A DNA stretch of 64,000 nt, taken from Candidatus Parvarchaeota archaeon. GTDB lineage: Archaea; Nanobdellota; Nanobdellia; WJKC01. Below are positions 49,772 to 58,787 of this stretch, in pieces. Every line of letters starts with the position of its first letter. Within the stretch, counting starts at the first letter, position 1. The position numbers and the translations under genes were made by a program. Location of the stretch: contig JAUWZX010000001.1 of NCBI GenBank assembly GCA_030615175.1, forward strand, positions 652,044 to 716,043, written 5' to 3'. The notes beneath the pieces are model-generated. The model was not told the DNA's origin, did no database searches, and worked only from the letters and a program-made list of their open reading frames with translations.

Positions 49772-50092
49772 ATGGATGCTGTTAAACTTAAGGCAATGCT
49801 TAACACTTTTTCGCAGATGCTTACTGCTCAGAGCATTTTCGGCAAGCCAGTAACTCATGCAGGTAAAACAATTATTCCTGTTTGCGCTATCGGATTCGGT
49901 TTTGGCAGCGGCAAGGATGTTGGAGGCGGCGGAGGCGGAGGAGTCCTGCCTGTTGCTTTAATAATAATTGACAAGAGTGATGTGCGAATAGAGCCTTTAG
50001 GTCCTGCAGGCGTTTTAATTGATAATTTAATTGAAAGATTATTTGAAGGTGTTAAGAGCATTGTCGAAAAAAAAGGCAAAAAAAGTGCTTGA
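49772..50092 (+). CDS. YtfJ/GerW family protein
   Basis: FGKPV..TIIPV..GFGFGSG..GGGGGG..PVA. Confidence 0.9.
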   Translation: MDAVKLKAMLNTFSQMLTAQSIFGKPVTHAGKTIIPVCAIGFGFGSGKDVGGGGGGGVLPVALIIIDKSDVRIEPLGPAGVLIDNLIERLFEGVKSIVEKKGKKSA

Positions 50093-50229
50093 AGTAATTA
50101 AGAGCACTAGGAGTGAAGGGAAGTACTCGTTTATTATTAAATCACAGAAGATTATTTGGGATTCAAGCTTCATATGCTTTTACTTATTAAAGCCTGACAG
50201 CGTTAAATTAAATGGCGTGGAGTACAGGA

Positions 50230-51108
50230 TTACATAACTCTTTCAAGGCTCGCGACTAATCCTTTAGTTTTCTTCCTGATTTCCTTGCTAGTCATTTCCG
50301 CCTTGCCCAGGGCTATTAATTCATCATCAATGCTTATTAATGCTATAAGTTCTCCTCTAATTATTCCTTTATTATACTTGCATACGCCTGGCGCGTAGAC
50401 TTTTGAGCCGTGCCCTACTCTTTGAACTGTTTTATCATCAATCCATACTTTCTTTAAGTGCTGTACTGCCCTCTCAACTGGTGCTAAGTATTTCTTAGGA
50501 TTCTTTTTGAATTCTTCCAGCGGCACTGCATTCTTCAGCGTGAACGGTCCTGCCTTAGTTCTGCGCAAGTGCTTCATGTGTGCTTTAGTGTTCATTAATT
50601 CACCCCAGTCTGAACAAATCTTCCTGATGTAAGTTCCTGCTTCGCATCCTATGGTGAAGTAAACTTCCCTGCCTTCTATTTTAGTGATTTTTAAGTAGTA
50701 TACTTCCCTCTCCCTTTCCTGTCTCTTCACTGCTGAGCGTACTGGCGGCACTTGCTTGATTATGCCGGTAAATTCCTTCCTGGTCTCGCGTATCTTCTTC
50801 TTCGTGACGTCTGAGTGCACGTGCATCACGCACTCGTATTCCTTGTCAGTTCTTAATGCTGTAAGCACTTTAGTGCTGTCATTAAATCCTATTGGCAGGA
50901 CTCCTGAAGCTTTAGGGTCTAATGTGCCTGCATGACCTGCCTTCCTTGCATGAAGTGCTTTCTTTACTTTATCAGTCACCCAGTATGAGAATGGTCCTGA
51001 AGGCTTGTCAATGATTATTAATTCACTTCTTGGCTTGAATGCCTTCTTAGCCCTGCACTTCTTCTTAGCCAGCTCTTTATATTTCTTTTCAATTGGCAGT
51101 TTATTCAT
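50230..51108 (-). CDS. cbf5: Pseudouridine synthase Cbf5/TruB with PUA domain
   Basis: IDKPSGP, GHAGTLDP, PPVRSAVKR, CEAGTYIRK. Confidence 0.96.
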   Translation of the reverse strand: MNKLPIEKKYKELAKKKCRAKKAFKPRSELIIIDKPSGPFSYWVTDKVKKALHARKAGHAGTLDPKASGVLPIGFNDSTKVLTALRTDKEYECVMHVHSDVTKKKIRETRKEFTGIIKQVPPVRSAVKRQEREREVYYLKITKIEGREVYFTIGCEAGTYIRKICSDWGELMNTKAHMKHLRRTKAGPFTLKNAVPLEEFKKNPKKYLAPVERAVQHLKKVWIDDKTVQRVGHGSKVYAPGVCKYNKGIIRGELIALISIDDELIALGKAEMTSKEIRKKTKGLVASLERVM

Positions 51109-51132
51109 CTATTATTAATTAGATTTCATTCT

Positions 51133-51522
51133 TTAAAAATAGTTTTGCTTAATGCTTTCTCGCAGTACGTCAAGAAGTTCTTCAGGCTTTTTTATTAATT
51201 TTACTTCCTTTAAAATTTTTGTTAAGTCGCTTGCCATTTCATCTACTTTATCTGCATTGTCTCCAATAATGATTCCGATATGCCCTCCGCGCGCGTACCC
51301 TTCCTGCATTTCTTTAAACCTTTCATCAGGATATAGTATCCATATCTGGTACTTGACTGAATGCCCTTCTATGTTCTGCGTTAGGGTTGCGAAATCCGTT
51401 CCAACAATGTTTCCATTATTGCTCATTAAATTTTCATATTCATTAATGTAGTCTTTAATCTCAGTATAGTATTTCTCGTCTTGCGGTTTTATTACTATTT
51501 TAAACAGTGAGTCATAAGTCAT
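51133..51522 (-). CDS. Rab-like small-GTPase derivative lacking the P-loop
   Basis: YDSLFKIVI, VGTDF, KYQIW, ERFKE, YARGG. Confidence 0.7.
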   Translation of the reverse strand: MTYDSLFKIVIKPQDEKYYTEIKDYINEYENLMSNNGNIVGTDFATLTQNIEGHSVKYQIWILYPDERFKEMQEGYARGGHIGIIIGDNADKVDEMASDLTKILKEVKLIKKPEELLDVLRESIKQNYF

Positions 51523-51559
51523 TTTTAAATCACCATTTTAGTATTAAAAATATTCCTTT

Positions 51560-51970
51560 TTAAAGGTTTCTTTTTCTAATAACTGCTTCAAGGGTTTCGT
51601 AAGTCGCTTTAATCAGGTTTTCAGGTTTGTTTATTATAGTTGCTCTGTCAATATACTGCATTAATTCGTCTGTCATTTCATTTAATTTATCCGCGTCGCT
51701 TCCAATAATGATTCCAAGCGCTGCACCCCCGTAATAATCTTTGCGCAGGGATTTGAATTTGTCATCAGGAGATATTATCCATATCTGTCCTGTGACTGTT
51801 CGCCCTTCTAATTCTTTTGTTATGGTGGCGAAGTCTACGCCAAGACTGTTTTTATACCCGAATAAGCAGCCGCTCTTCCTGTAAGCCTTAATGTATTGTT
51901 TAACGTTATTATATAATTTCTTGCCCTGGACTCGAATCACTACTTTCAGTAGTATGTTTTTTTTGTTCAT
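51560..51970 (-). CDS. Rab-like small-GTPase derivative lacking the P-loop (tandem paralog)
   Basis: LLKVVI, LGVDFATIT, GQIW, KFKSLR, YYGGA; alternative start at 52030. Confidence 0.7.
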   Translation of the reverse strand: MNKKNILLKVVIRVQGKKLYNNVKQYIKAYRKSGCLFGYKNSLGVDFATITKELEGRTVTGQIWIISPDDKFKSLRKDYYGGAALGIIIGSDADKLNEMTDELMQYIDRATIINKPENLIKATYETLEAVIRKRNL

Positions 51971-52040
51971 TGCAATTAGTTGCCCCGATAATTTATGCCT
52001 GATTAAGTTTAAAAATCTTCCCCTTTCCATTGCTTTGCAA

Positions 52041-52571
52041 CTATTTCTTCTTCACGGCTTTTTTCTTTGCAGGCTTCTTCACTACTTTCTTCTTGGCCTT
52101 CTTCTTAACTGCTTTCTTCTTCACAGGAGCTTTCTTCTTCACTGCTTTCTTCTTTGGCACTTTCTTAGCTGCCTTCTTCTTTACAGGCTTCTTAACTGCT
52201 TTTTTCTTGGCTTTCTTCTTGGGTTTCTTCTTGGCTTTCTTCTTCGGCACTTCCTCAAAAATTTTCTTTACTGCATGCTTCTTCCTTGGCCTCTCAGTCT
52301 TCTTCTCCTTCTTATCTTTCTTCCTAATCTTCTTAATCTCAGTCTTCCATAACCCTGCCTTTTTCAACGCTACCTTAACGTCTTCAGTTTTTGCTTTGCC
52401 CTTAATTTCCAGTTTAAACTCAAGAGGTATTAAGTGATTCACATTGCACCTGCGCCTCTTAACTTCACCATCAATTAGTACAAAATTATCATTTATTTTT
52501 TCAACAATCACTGCTTTAAGCCCTGCTTCTTTACCAGCAATCTTCACGTAAACTCTTCCAATTTCAATCAA
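52041..52571 (-). CDS. rpl14e: 50S ribosomal protein L14e with a long Lys/Ala/Pro/Val tail
   Basis: IEIGRVYVKIAGKEAG, NFVLIDG, KRRRCNVNHL. Confidence 0.95.
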   Translation of the reverse strand: MIEIGRVYVKIAGKEAGLKAVIVEKINDNFVLIDGEVKRRRCNVNHLIPLEFKLEIKGKAKTEDVKVALKKAGLWKTEIKKIRKKDKKEKKTERPRKKHAVKKIFEEVPKKKAKKKPKKKAKKKAVKKPVKKKAAKKVPKKKAVKKKAPVKKKAVKKKAKKKVVKKPAKKKAVKKK

Positions 52572-53119
52572 TTCACAGCACCCCCTTTGGACTTTAATAA
52601 TTCCTTTATTATGAACTCAATTATTTTATTCATCTCATTAATCGTCCACTGACTTGTGTCAAGGATTAAGTTATAAGGGTTTAAATCATTTATGTCTATG
52701 CCGTAAATGCGCTTCCAGCGCTTCCTGTTACCATTCCAGCGCGTTTTAATATCAGTTAACGCTTCCTTAATGCTTGCCTTCTCTCTTCCAGCAATCCTTT
52801 CAGCAGCCTCTGTTTCAGTTAATTTAAGAAATATTTTATAATCCGCTTTCTTAACAGTGTATCCTGCCAGTACGCCGTCAATAATCACGTTTCCTTTACG
52901 CGCCTCACGAATTATCATTGAATCAATTTTCCTGTCAATTTCATCATGCTTTTTTAAATAATCATGAAACTCGTTAAACTCTGCAATACTTAAGCCGCCC
53001 GCTATTCCGCGCATCTTGTCGCCAGCACTCACATGCCTTAACTTTAACTTCTTCGCCAGGTGCTTTGCAACCGTTGACTTACCTGAACCCGGCATGCCGG
53101 ATATAATTATGGTAACCAT
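52568..53119 (-). CDS. cmk: Cytidylate kinase (archaeal type)
   Basis: ISGMPGSGKST, SAG, YGIDI; adjacent to rpl14e. Confidence 0.92.
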   Translation of the reverse strand: MVTIIISGMPGSGKSTVAKHLAKKLKLRHVSAGDKMRGIAGGLSIAEFNEFHDYLKKHDEIDRKIDSMIIREARKGNVIIDGVLAGYTVKKADYKIFLKLTETEAAERIAGREKASIKEALTDIKTRWNGNRKRWKRIYGIDINDLNPYNLILDTSQWTINEMNKIIEFIIKELLKSKGGAVN

Positions 53120-53183
53120 TACTATTCCTAAGGAATCCTGTAATAAAAAGTTTTTTAAATAGAGCATTTATATTCCTTCACTC

Positions 53184-53474
53184 ATGGTGAAATCATCGCA
53201 TGGCCCTAGACGCGGGACTCGAAAGAAGTTAAGGAAGAAACTGCGCGAGAAAGGTAAAGTAAACATTGCAAAACGATTGCAGAAATTCAAGACTGGTGAC
53301 AGAGTCGTGATAAAACCTGAACCAGCAGTGCATAAAGGCATGCCTGGAAAACGCTTCTTCGGTCGCGTAGGCGTAATCATTAACAAGAGAGGCAAGGCTT
53401 ACATGTTAAGCGTTAAGGACGGCAATGCAGTCAAGCAGGTAATAAGCTTGCCTGTTCACTTAAAGAAGGTGTAA
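53184..53474 (+). CDS. rpl21e: 50S ribosomal protein L21e
   Basis: SHGPRRGTR, VHKGMP, PVHLK. Confidence 0.97.
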   Translation: MVKSSHGPRRGTRKKLRKKLREKGKVNIAKRLQKFKTGDRVVIKPEPAVHKGMPGKRFFGRVGVIINKRGKAYMLSVKDGNAVKQVISLPVHLKKV

Positions 53475-53480
53475 TAATTA

Positions 53481-53825
53481 ATGCCATTACATTTTGAGAT
53501 AACGGATGAGAAATTCGTCACCCTGAATACTGTTAAGAAGGTCTTAGGCAAGCGCAAGAAGAGTGAAATGACTTATGAGCAGAAAATGGCTTACGAGAAT
53601 GCCAAAAACTTCTCAAAGTTAAGTGATAAGAACGTGAACGCCTTGCATGAAGAATTAATGAATCTTGAGATGAGAAAGTTAACTGATAAACTCATAATTA
53701 AGATTATTGACATCGTACCTGAAACCATTGATGATTTAAAAGTAATATTTAAGTTAAGCAAGATTAGTTTTAAGAAAAATGAGTTAGACAATGTTTTTGA
53801 AATAGTGAAAAAGTATGTTAAATGA
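53481..53825 (+). CDS. rpoF: RNA polymerase subunit F (Rpo4)
   Basis: MTYEQK, KIIDIVP; conserved rpl21e-rpoF-DUF655 order. Confidence 0.9.
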   Translation: MPLHFEITDEKFVTLNTVKKVLGKRKKSEMTYEQKMAYENAKNFSKLSDKNVNALHEELMNLEMRKLTDKLIIKIIDIVPETIDDLKVIFKLSKISFKKNELDNVFEIVKKYVK

Positions 53826-53839
53826 GTTAATGATTAATT

Positions 53840-54493
53840 ATGTACGAAATCTTTGGCTACGAGAGAAGAAGAGAAAGGTTAGCGCGAGAAAGTAAATCAT
53901 TATACGTTAAGAGGCGCGACCCAAGGGTTAGGGAAGATTTCGGCATTATACTGGATTTCCTGCCTCACGGTCACATCGGGCAGTCACGCAGGATGCCTGT
54001 TGCCCAGTTAGTAGGCACTAAACACTTAAGCCTGCTTGAAGTAGTGCCTAAGAAAGACATTTTCTTAAAGCCTGGTGAAAAGGTTTACATTGGCCCTGAC
54101 AAGCGTGACAAGATTCATCATATTAGTAATAAAATTTCTTATCAGAGTCTTACCAAGACTGCTAAGCTTGAATTAGATTCCTTGATTAAGGATGCTGTTA
54201 ATAAGAATCCTGACAGGATTCTGGAATTCTTTAATAAGTGCGGTCCAATTAGTACCAGACTTCATCAATTGGAGTTAATCCCGGGTATTGGCAAGAAGCA
54301 TATGTGGAAGATTATTGAGGAACGCGAAGAAAAACCTTTTGAAAACATTAATGAGTTGAAAAAGAGGATTCCATTAATCCCTGACCCTGTTAAAGCAGTT
54401 CTTAACAGGATTACTGACGAGTTAGGTGGAAAGGATAAATATAAATTATTATTAAACTTAATAAGTATTGATGAGGAAGAAGAAAAAAAATGA
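53840..54493 (+). CDS. DUF655 family putative nucleic acid-binding protein
   Basis: ILDFLPHG, RLHQLELIPGIGKK. Confidence 0.93.
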   Translation: MYEIFGYERRRERLARESKSLYVKRRDPRVREDFGIILDFLPHGHIGQSRRMPVAQLVGTKHLSLLEVVPKKDIFLKPGEKVYIGPDKRDKIHHISNKISYQSLTKTAKLELDSLIKDAVNKNPDRILEFFNKCGPISTRLHQLELIPGIGKKHMWKIIEEREEKPFENINELKKRIPLIPDPVKAVLNRITDELGGKDKYKLLLNLISIDEEEEKK

Positions 54494-55283
54494 TGGTGGA
54501 ATTATTGACCGGCTGTCATTCCCAACTGAATTTAATAATGTTAAGGAATTAAAATTAAATATTATTGTTTTATTCCTTACCTGTCTTGCATTCTTCATTA
54601 CCAGCACCATAGTGATTAGTTTTAACTTAATCTTATTCACTAAAGTCCTGCTCGTTGGCACTATTGCTTATGAATTAATCCTTTTCTACTTATTATTCGA
54701 GTACACTAAGAAGTTCATCATGGTTAACATTAAAGGGTCTGGCAGGACTGCTGTTAACCTGCTGACTTACCTCATTTTTGGAGGACTGCTCTTAATCACT
54801 GCCCTGAACCTTATTTACACGATGGCTACTGTCGCGCCGACTAGTGAGGATAAATTCATTAGTTTAAGCGTTGCATTATTAATCATTGTTTTACCTACTT
54901 TTTTCTGGCATGAATTCGTTCAATTATTTGATAAAAGTTACTTTAAGTACCTTAAATTCATAGTTCTTTCAGGATTAATTATTGGCTTGTTCTTTAATCC
55001 AGTATTAGCTGAGGGGAATGAAACTATTAACGCAACCCAGCAGGGCGTTTTTAACTGGTTTTCTCAGGGCATTGACTTCTTTTCCTCTGCTTCAAACATG
55101 TTTAATTCTTTCAAGTCAACTATTGAAGGAACCCTTAGTCTTGACCCGTGGACTTCCCAGATGGTCATGATTATTTTAATTCTCATCCTGGCATTCCTCT
55201 TATTCAAGTTCCTGTCACTAGTTATTAAGTGGGTTGTGGTAGGATTAATTATCTGGGTTGTCGCACAGTTATTCTTCCTTTAA
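54468..55283 (+). CDS. Multi-pass membrane protein
   Basis: About 7 TM helices; start uncertain. Confidence 0.7.
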   Translation: MMRKKKKNDGGIIDRLSFPTEFNNVKELKLNIIVLFLTCLAFFITSTIVISFNLILFTKVLLVGTIAYELILFYLLFEYTKKFIMVNIKGSGRTAVNLLTYLIFGGLLLITALNLIYTMATVAPTSEDKFISLSVALLIIVLPTFFWHEFVQLFDKSYFKYLKFIVLSGLIIGLFFNPVLAEGNETINATQQGVFNWFSQGIDFFSSASNMFNSFKSTIEGTLSLDPWTSQMVMIILILILAFLLFKFLSLVIKWVVVGLIIWVVAQLFFL

Positions 55284-55300
55284 GCACTTAATAATGGTTT

Positions 55301-55750
55301 TTATAAATTGTTTTCGAACGTGATGACTGCTCCTATTGAAGGGTTATTATCACCAACAAGCAGTATTTCCGTTCCTGATAAGTAATTGCCTGTTAGCATT
55401 GAATTCGTTGAGTAATTAAGGCATCTGGTCATTACAACATCCCCTGTACTCCTGGCGCATAACCTGTTACCGTCCACGAAAACCCTGTAAGAGCTTCTAT
55501 CAATTTTTGACGGCATGCCTCCGGTTATTGTGAAAGTCGTGTTAACTCCGCTCCTCATCTGATAATCAACCCTTACTATCATTGAATTAACCTGGTTGAT
55601 TATGCCTTCTAACTGCTCGTTATAACTAAACCTTTTTATTTCAGGAATCATTGTCGTGTTGAACATGGCTGTGACTGTTACGAGCACTAGGACTCCGAAC
55701 GTGAAAGCAAATACTTCCCTTAGGACTACCATCATTGATTTACGGTTCAT
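55301..55750 (-). CDS. Pilin-like/secreted protein
   Basis: Short basic leader MNRKS, a hydrophobic helix, then a beta-rich domain. Confidence 0.5.
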   Translation of the reverse strand: MNRKSMMVVLREVFAFTFGVLVLVTVTAMFNTTMIPEIKRFSYNEQLEGIINQVNSMIVRVDYQMRSGVNTTFTITGGMPSKIDRSSYRVFVDGNRLCARSTGDVVMTRCLNYSTNSMLTGNYLSGTEILLVGDNNPSIGAVITFENNL

Positions 55751-55755
55751 TGCAA

Positions 55756-56580
55756 TCACAGAGTTATTAAGTCAAGTATTGTTTCCATTTTATCTTTCTT
55801 CTTTTCAAGGCTTCTCATCACGTCCTTATAAATTTCCTCTGACACCCTGCTGTTAACTAACTTCTCTCTTAGCATGTCCATTTGATTATTTAACTTAGTT
55901 ATTTCCTGCACTACCTTCACTGTCTTGTCCTGAGGCACTTCCTTTATCATTCTATCCTCTGGCTTGACTTTCTTCATGTATTTCCTTGCTAAGTCATCAT
56001 ATACGTAGCTCATGTCATCTTTCAGTTTGTTAAGTATTTCTTTCTTATCCTTATCAGTGTCAGCGCTTATAACCACTCTTAAATCTGCCTTTAATCCTTC
56101 AACATCATATACGCCTACCATTTTCACCCAGGCCATTGACTTAACGCTTTCCTTCATTAAGAATACCATTAATCCTAATGGTAGTGTTATCATTGTGGTC
56201 CAGAATAATAAGTCTTTGTTTAATTCCTCGTACGGCAGGAAGTAGCCTATGAGTGCTATCACGAATACTGTTAACAGTATTTTCCAGATTGCAGGGTACT
56301 TGGCGCCTATTGACTTGCTTTTCACTCCTTTAATAATGCTTTTTATTGGCTTTAAACGCCCTCCTCTGAAGAAGTTTTTGAATTCAGTGCTTTCGAATTC
56401 AGTCATCTCGTTTAAGCTTATTCTGTAGCCATTATCAGTTAGTGTTTCAACGCACCTGCGTCTGAATTCCTCAGGGTCCTGCACCCTGATGTTTAAGTCG
56501 TGGAATACCCTCTTATCTCTTAACTTGTCTGTTTTAAACTCTTTTTCCAGGTCCTCAACGTATGGTCTTCTCCAAAACAT
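55756..56580 (-). CDS. Membrane protein with two TM helices and a coiled-coil C-terminus
   Basis: Hydropathy pattern read from the translation. Confidence 0.7.
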   Translation of the reverse strand: MFWRRPYVEDLEKEFKTDKLRDKRVFHDLNIRVQDPEEFRRRCVETLTDNGYRISLNEMTEFESTEFKNFFRGGRLKPIKSIIKGVKSKSIGAKYPAIWKILLTVFVIALIGYFLPYEELNKDLLFWTTMITLPLGLMVFLMKESVKSMAWVKMVGVYDVEGLKADLRVVISADTDKDKKEILNKLKDDMSYVYDDLARKYMKKVKPEDRMIKEVPQDKTVKVVQEITKLNNQMDMLREKLVNSRVSEEIYKDVMRSLEKKKDKMETILDLITL

Positions 56581-56615
56581 GTCAGTTATTAATATATCAT
56601 TTAGTACTTATATAA

Positions 56616-57176
56616 TTATTCAAGCCACTGCTTTTCGCGCAGCAGGTCATATAATTCTTTTTCAAATCCTTTTAATTCTTTGGGCTCTATTCTTTTTAAA
56701 TCATTTACGTAATCTAGTGGGAATTCATGTTTTTCAGCTGCCTTTATTATCAGGTTTAAGTAATCCTTTATTACAGGCACTTCTTTGTTTTCCTCTTTTT
56801 CTTTTTTCACCTTGAATGTTTTTACTTTAATCTCTGTTCCTTCAACAATTGAGGTTAATTCTAATTCATAATAATCCCCTATAGGGTCTTCTTTGCTTTT
56901 TATTTTATCATAATCCTCGTTAGTTAATTGCAGGATTAACCCCCATAAGTCTTTTTTAGAGCTGAACGTCATATTGGCTGCTCCAGTGTACCATTTAGTT
57001 GAGTAGTAATTAAATGTTATTGTTGCTTTCTCAATTCTTGCTTTAACTGCATTATACTTTATTGGTTCGTACCCTTTATTTATGAGCCATTGCTTTACGT
57101 TTTCTTCATTCATGTTCGGGCCGTACACGAAGTAGTTTACTCCATTATTCAATAATAACTCACGTACTGCATCCAT
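56616..57176 (-). CDS. Gamma-glutamylcyclotransferase (AIG2-like) family protein
   Basis: YFVYGPNM, YLNLIIKAAEKHEFPLDY. Confidence 0.8.
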   Translation of the reverse strand: MDAVRELLLNNGVNYFVYGPNMNEENVKQWLINKGYEPIKYNAVKARIEKATITFNYYSTKWYTGAANMTFSSKKDLWGLILQLTNEDYDKIKSKEDPIGDYYELELTSIVEGTEIKVKTFKVKKEKEENKEVPVIKDYLNLIIKAAEKHEFPLDYVNDLKRIEPKELKGFEKELYDLLREKQWLE

Positions 57177-57232
57177 TGTCTAATCATTTCTTAGTGTTTA
57201 GAATGTTATTTAAATACTTTATGCACACTAAT

Positions 57233-58210
57233 TTATATTATTTTGACATCTCTTCGCTTTAAAATTTTTATTGACTTCGGGAGAGTTTCTAATTTATTAT
57301 CATGTAACTCTAGTCTTTCGAGAGATTTTAGGTTTTTTATAGAATCCGGAAGAGTCGTTAACTGATTATACCCTAAATTTAGTGATTGGAGTGATTCTAA
57401 ATCTCCTATTGACTCAGGGAGAGCCGTTAATTGATTATAACTCAAATCTAGTTTCTGGAGTGATTTTAGGTTGCCTATAGATTCCGGAAGAGTCGTTAAC
57501 TGATTATACCCTACACTTAGTGATTGAAGTGATTCTAAGCCTCCCATTAACTCCGGGAGAGCTGATAATTGATTCTTATACAAATGTAGTTCTTCGAGAG
57601 ATTTCAGGTTTCTTATAGACTCTGGGAAAGTCCCTAATTTATTATCATGTAAATCTAGTTTTTGAAGTGATTCTAAATTTCTTACTGACTCCGGGAGGGT
57701 TTCTAATTTATTACCATGTAACTCTAGTTTTTGAAGCGATTCTAAGTTTCCCATTGACTCCGGGAGAGTCTTTAACTGATTATTATATAACAATAGTCTC
57801 TGGAGTGATTTTAAGTCGCCTATCGACTCTGGAAGAGCCGTTAACTGATTATACCCTACACTTAGTGATTGAAGTGATTCCAAGTCTCCCATTGATTCTG
57901 GGAGAGTCTTTAATTGATTATTATACAAATCTATTTTCTTGAGATATTTTAGGTTGCCTATTGACTCAGGAAGAGTTGATAACTGATTACCATGTAAATT
58001 TAGTGATTGGAGTGATTCTAAGTCTCCTATTGATTCAGGGAGAGCTGATAATTGTGTTTCATTTAATCCTAAACCAATAATGTCACCATCCTTAACTTTA
58101 AATCCGGTAGTGTCAATTTCTTCTACTTGCGGAATGGATTTACCAATAATCTTTTCCAATTCTTCCAGGACTTTCGCTTGATCGGGTTTTACATCATCTT
58201 TTTCAGTCAT
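57233..58210 (-). CDS. Leucine-rich repeat protein (about 11 x 23 aa)
   Basis: [23 protein letters not shown] repeats; 69-bp DNA periodicity. Confidence 0.97.
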   Translation of the reverse strand: MTEKDDVKPDQAKVLEELEKIIGKSIPQVEEIDTTGFKVKDGDIIGLGLNETQLSALPESIGDLESLQSLNLHGNQLSTLPESIGNLKYLKKIDLYNNQLKTLPESMGDLESLQSLSVGYNQLTALPESIGDLKSLQRLLLYNNQLKTLPESMGNLESLQKLELHGNKLETLPESVRNLESLQKLDLHDNKLGTFPESIRNLKSLEELHLYKNQLSALPELMGGLESLQSLSVGYNQLTTLPESIGNLKSLQKLDLSYNQLTALPESIGDLESLQSLNLGYNQLTTLPDSIKNLKSLERLELHDNKLETLPKSIKILKRRDVKII

Positions 58211-58233
58211 TAGTTTTTCTCCTCATTATTCTT

Positions 58234-58743
58234 TTATAAGTCTTTGCTTAACCGCCAGACGTAATTTCTTGATAACCCCGTGATTCTTGCGAGTTTCCTT
58301 AATGACACCCTGCATGCCTTGTTCAGTGCTGCGCAGGCAATTCCAGTTCCATACGCATCATTGCATAACTTTATTGCTTCACTTATCTCTTTTTCACTTA
58401 ACCTTAATTCCCATCCTATCCTGCTGGCGTACATGTGAGCTTCCACTCGCCTTTGCTTTAATCCTGTCACCCTGTTCACGTATCGTTTCTGCCTCATTAA
58501 TTCCCTGCTCTTCCATTCCTTAATCATTAAAGGGTAATTCAGGTTATCGCTTGCTATCATAATGCATGCCTTAACTAACTCATCCCTGTTCCTGCCCCTG
58601 GTTCCTTTACTGTTCATTAACTTCTTGTATACTTCCAGTGCTGTTCTAACTACTCTTTCAGGCAGGTAGTGTTCGCCTTTTAATTGCTGGATGATAGCGT
58701 ATGCTGGCATGAATGCTTTTTTGAATGATTCCTGCTTTGTCAT
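58234..58743 (-). CDS. Short TFB-like cyclin-fold protein without a Zn ribbon
   Basis: LPERVVRTALEVYKK..RGRNRDELVKACI; C-terminal HTH SLRKLARITGLS. Confidence 0.65.
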   Translation of the reverse strand: MTKQESFKKAFMPAYAIIQQLKGEHYLPERVVRTALEVYKKLMNSKGTRGRNRDELVKACIMIASDNLNYPLMIKEWKSRELMRQKRYVNRVTGLKQRRVEAHMYASRIGWELRLSEKEISEAIKLCNDAYGTGIACAALNKACRVSLRKLARITGLSRNYVWRLSKDL

Positions 58744-58787
58744 TGCTTTTCCTGCTTGTCTGATTCTTTATTTAAATATTTTCTTTT

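Noticed and set aside
50085..50237. Possible 50-aa gene after the ytfJ-like gene
   Set aside because: It is short, has no motif and overlaps both neighbours, so support is insufficient.
51891..52437. Phe-rich plus-strand ORFs 51891..52352 and 52030..52437
   Set aside because: These are antisense shadows of the low-complexity L14e tail.
57233..58210. 69-bp DNA repeats as a non-coding array
   Set aside because: They are fully explained by the 23-aa LRR coding units.
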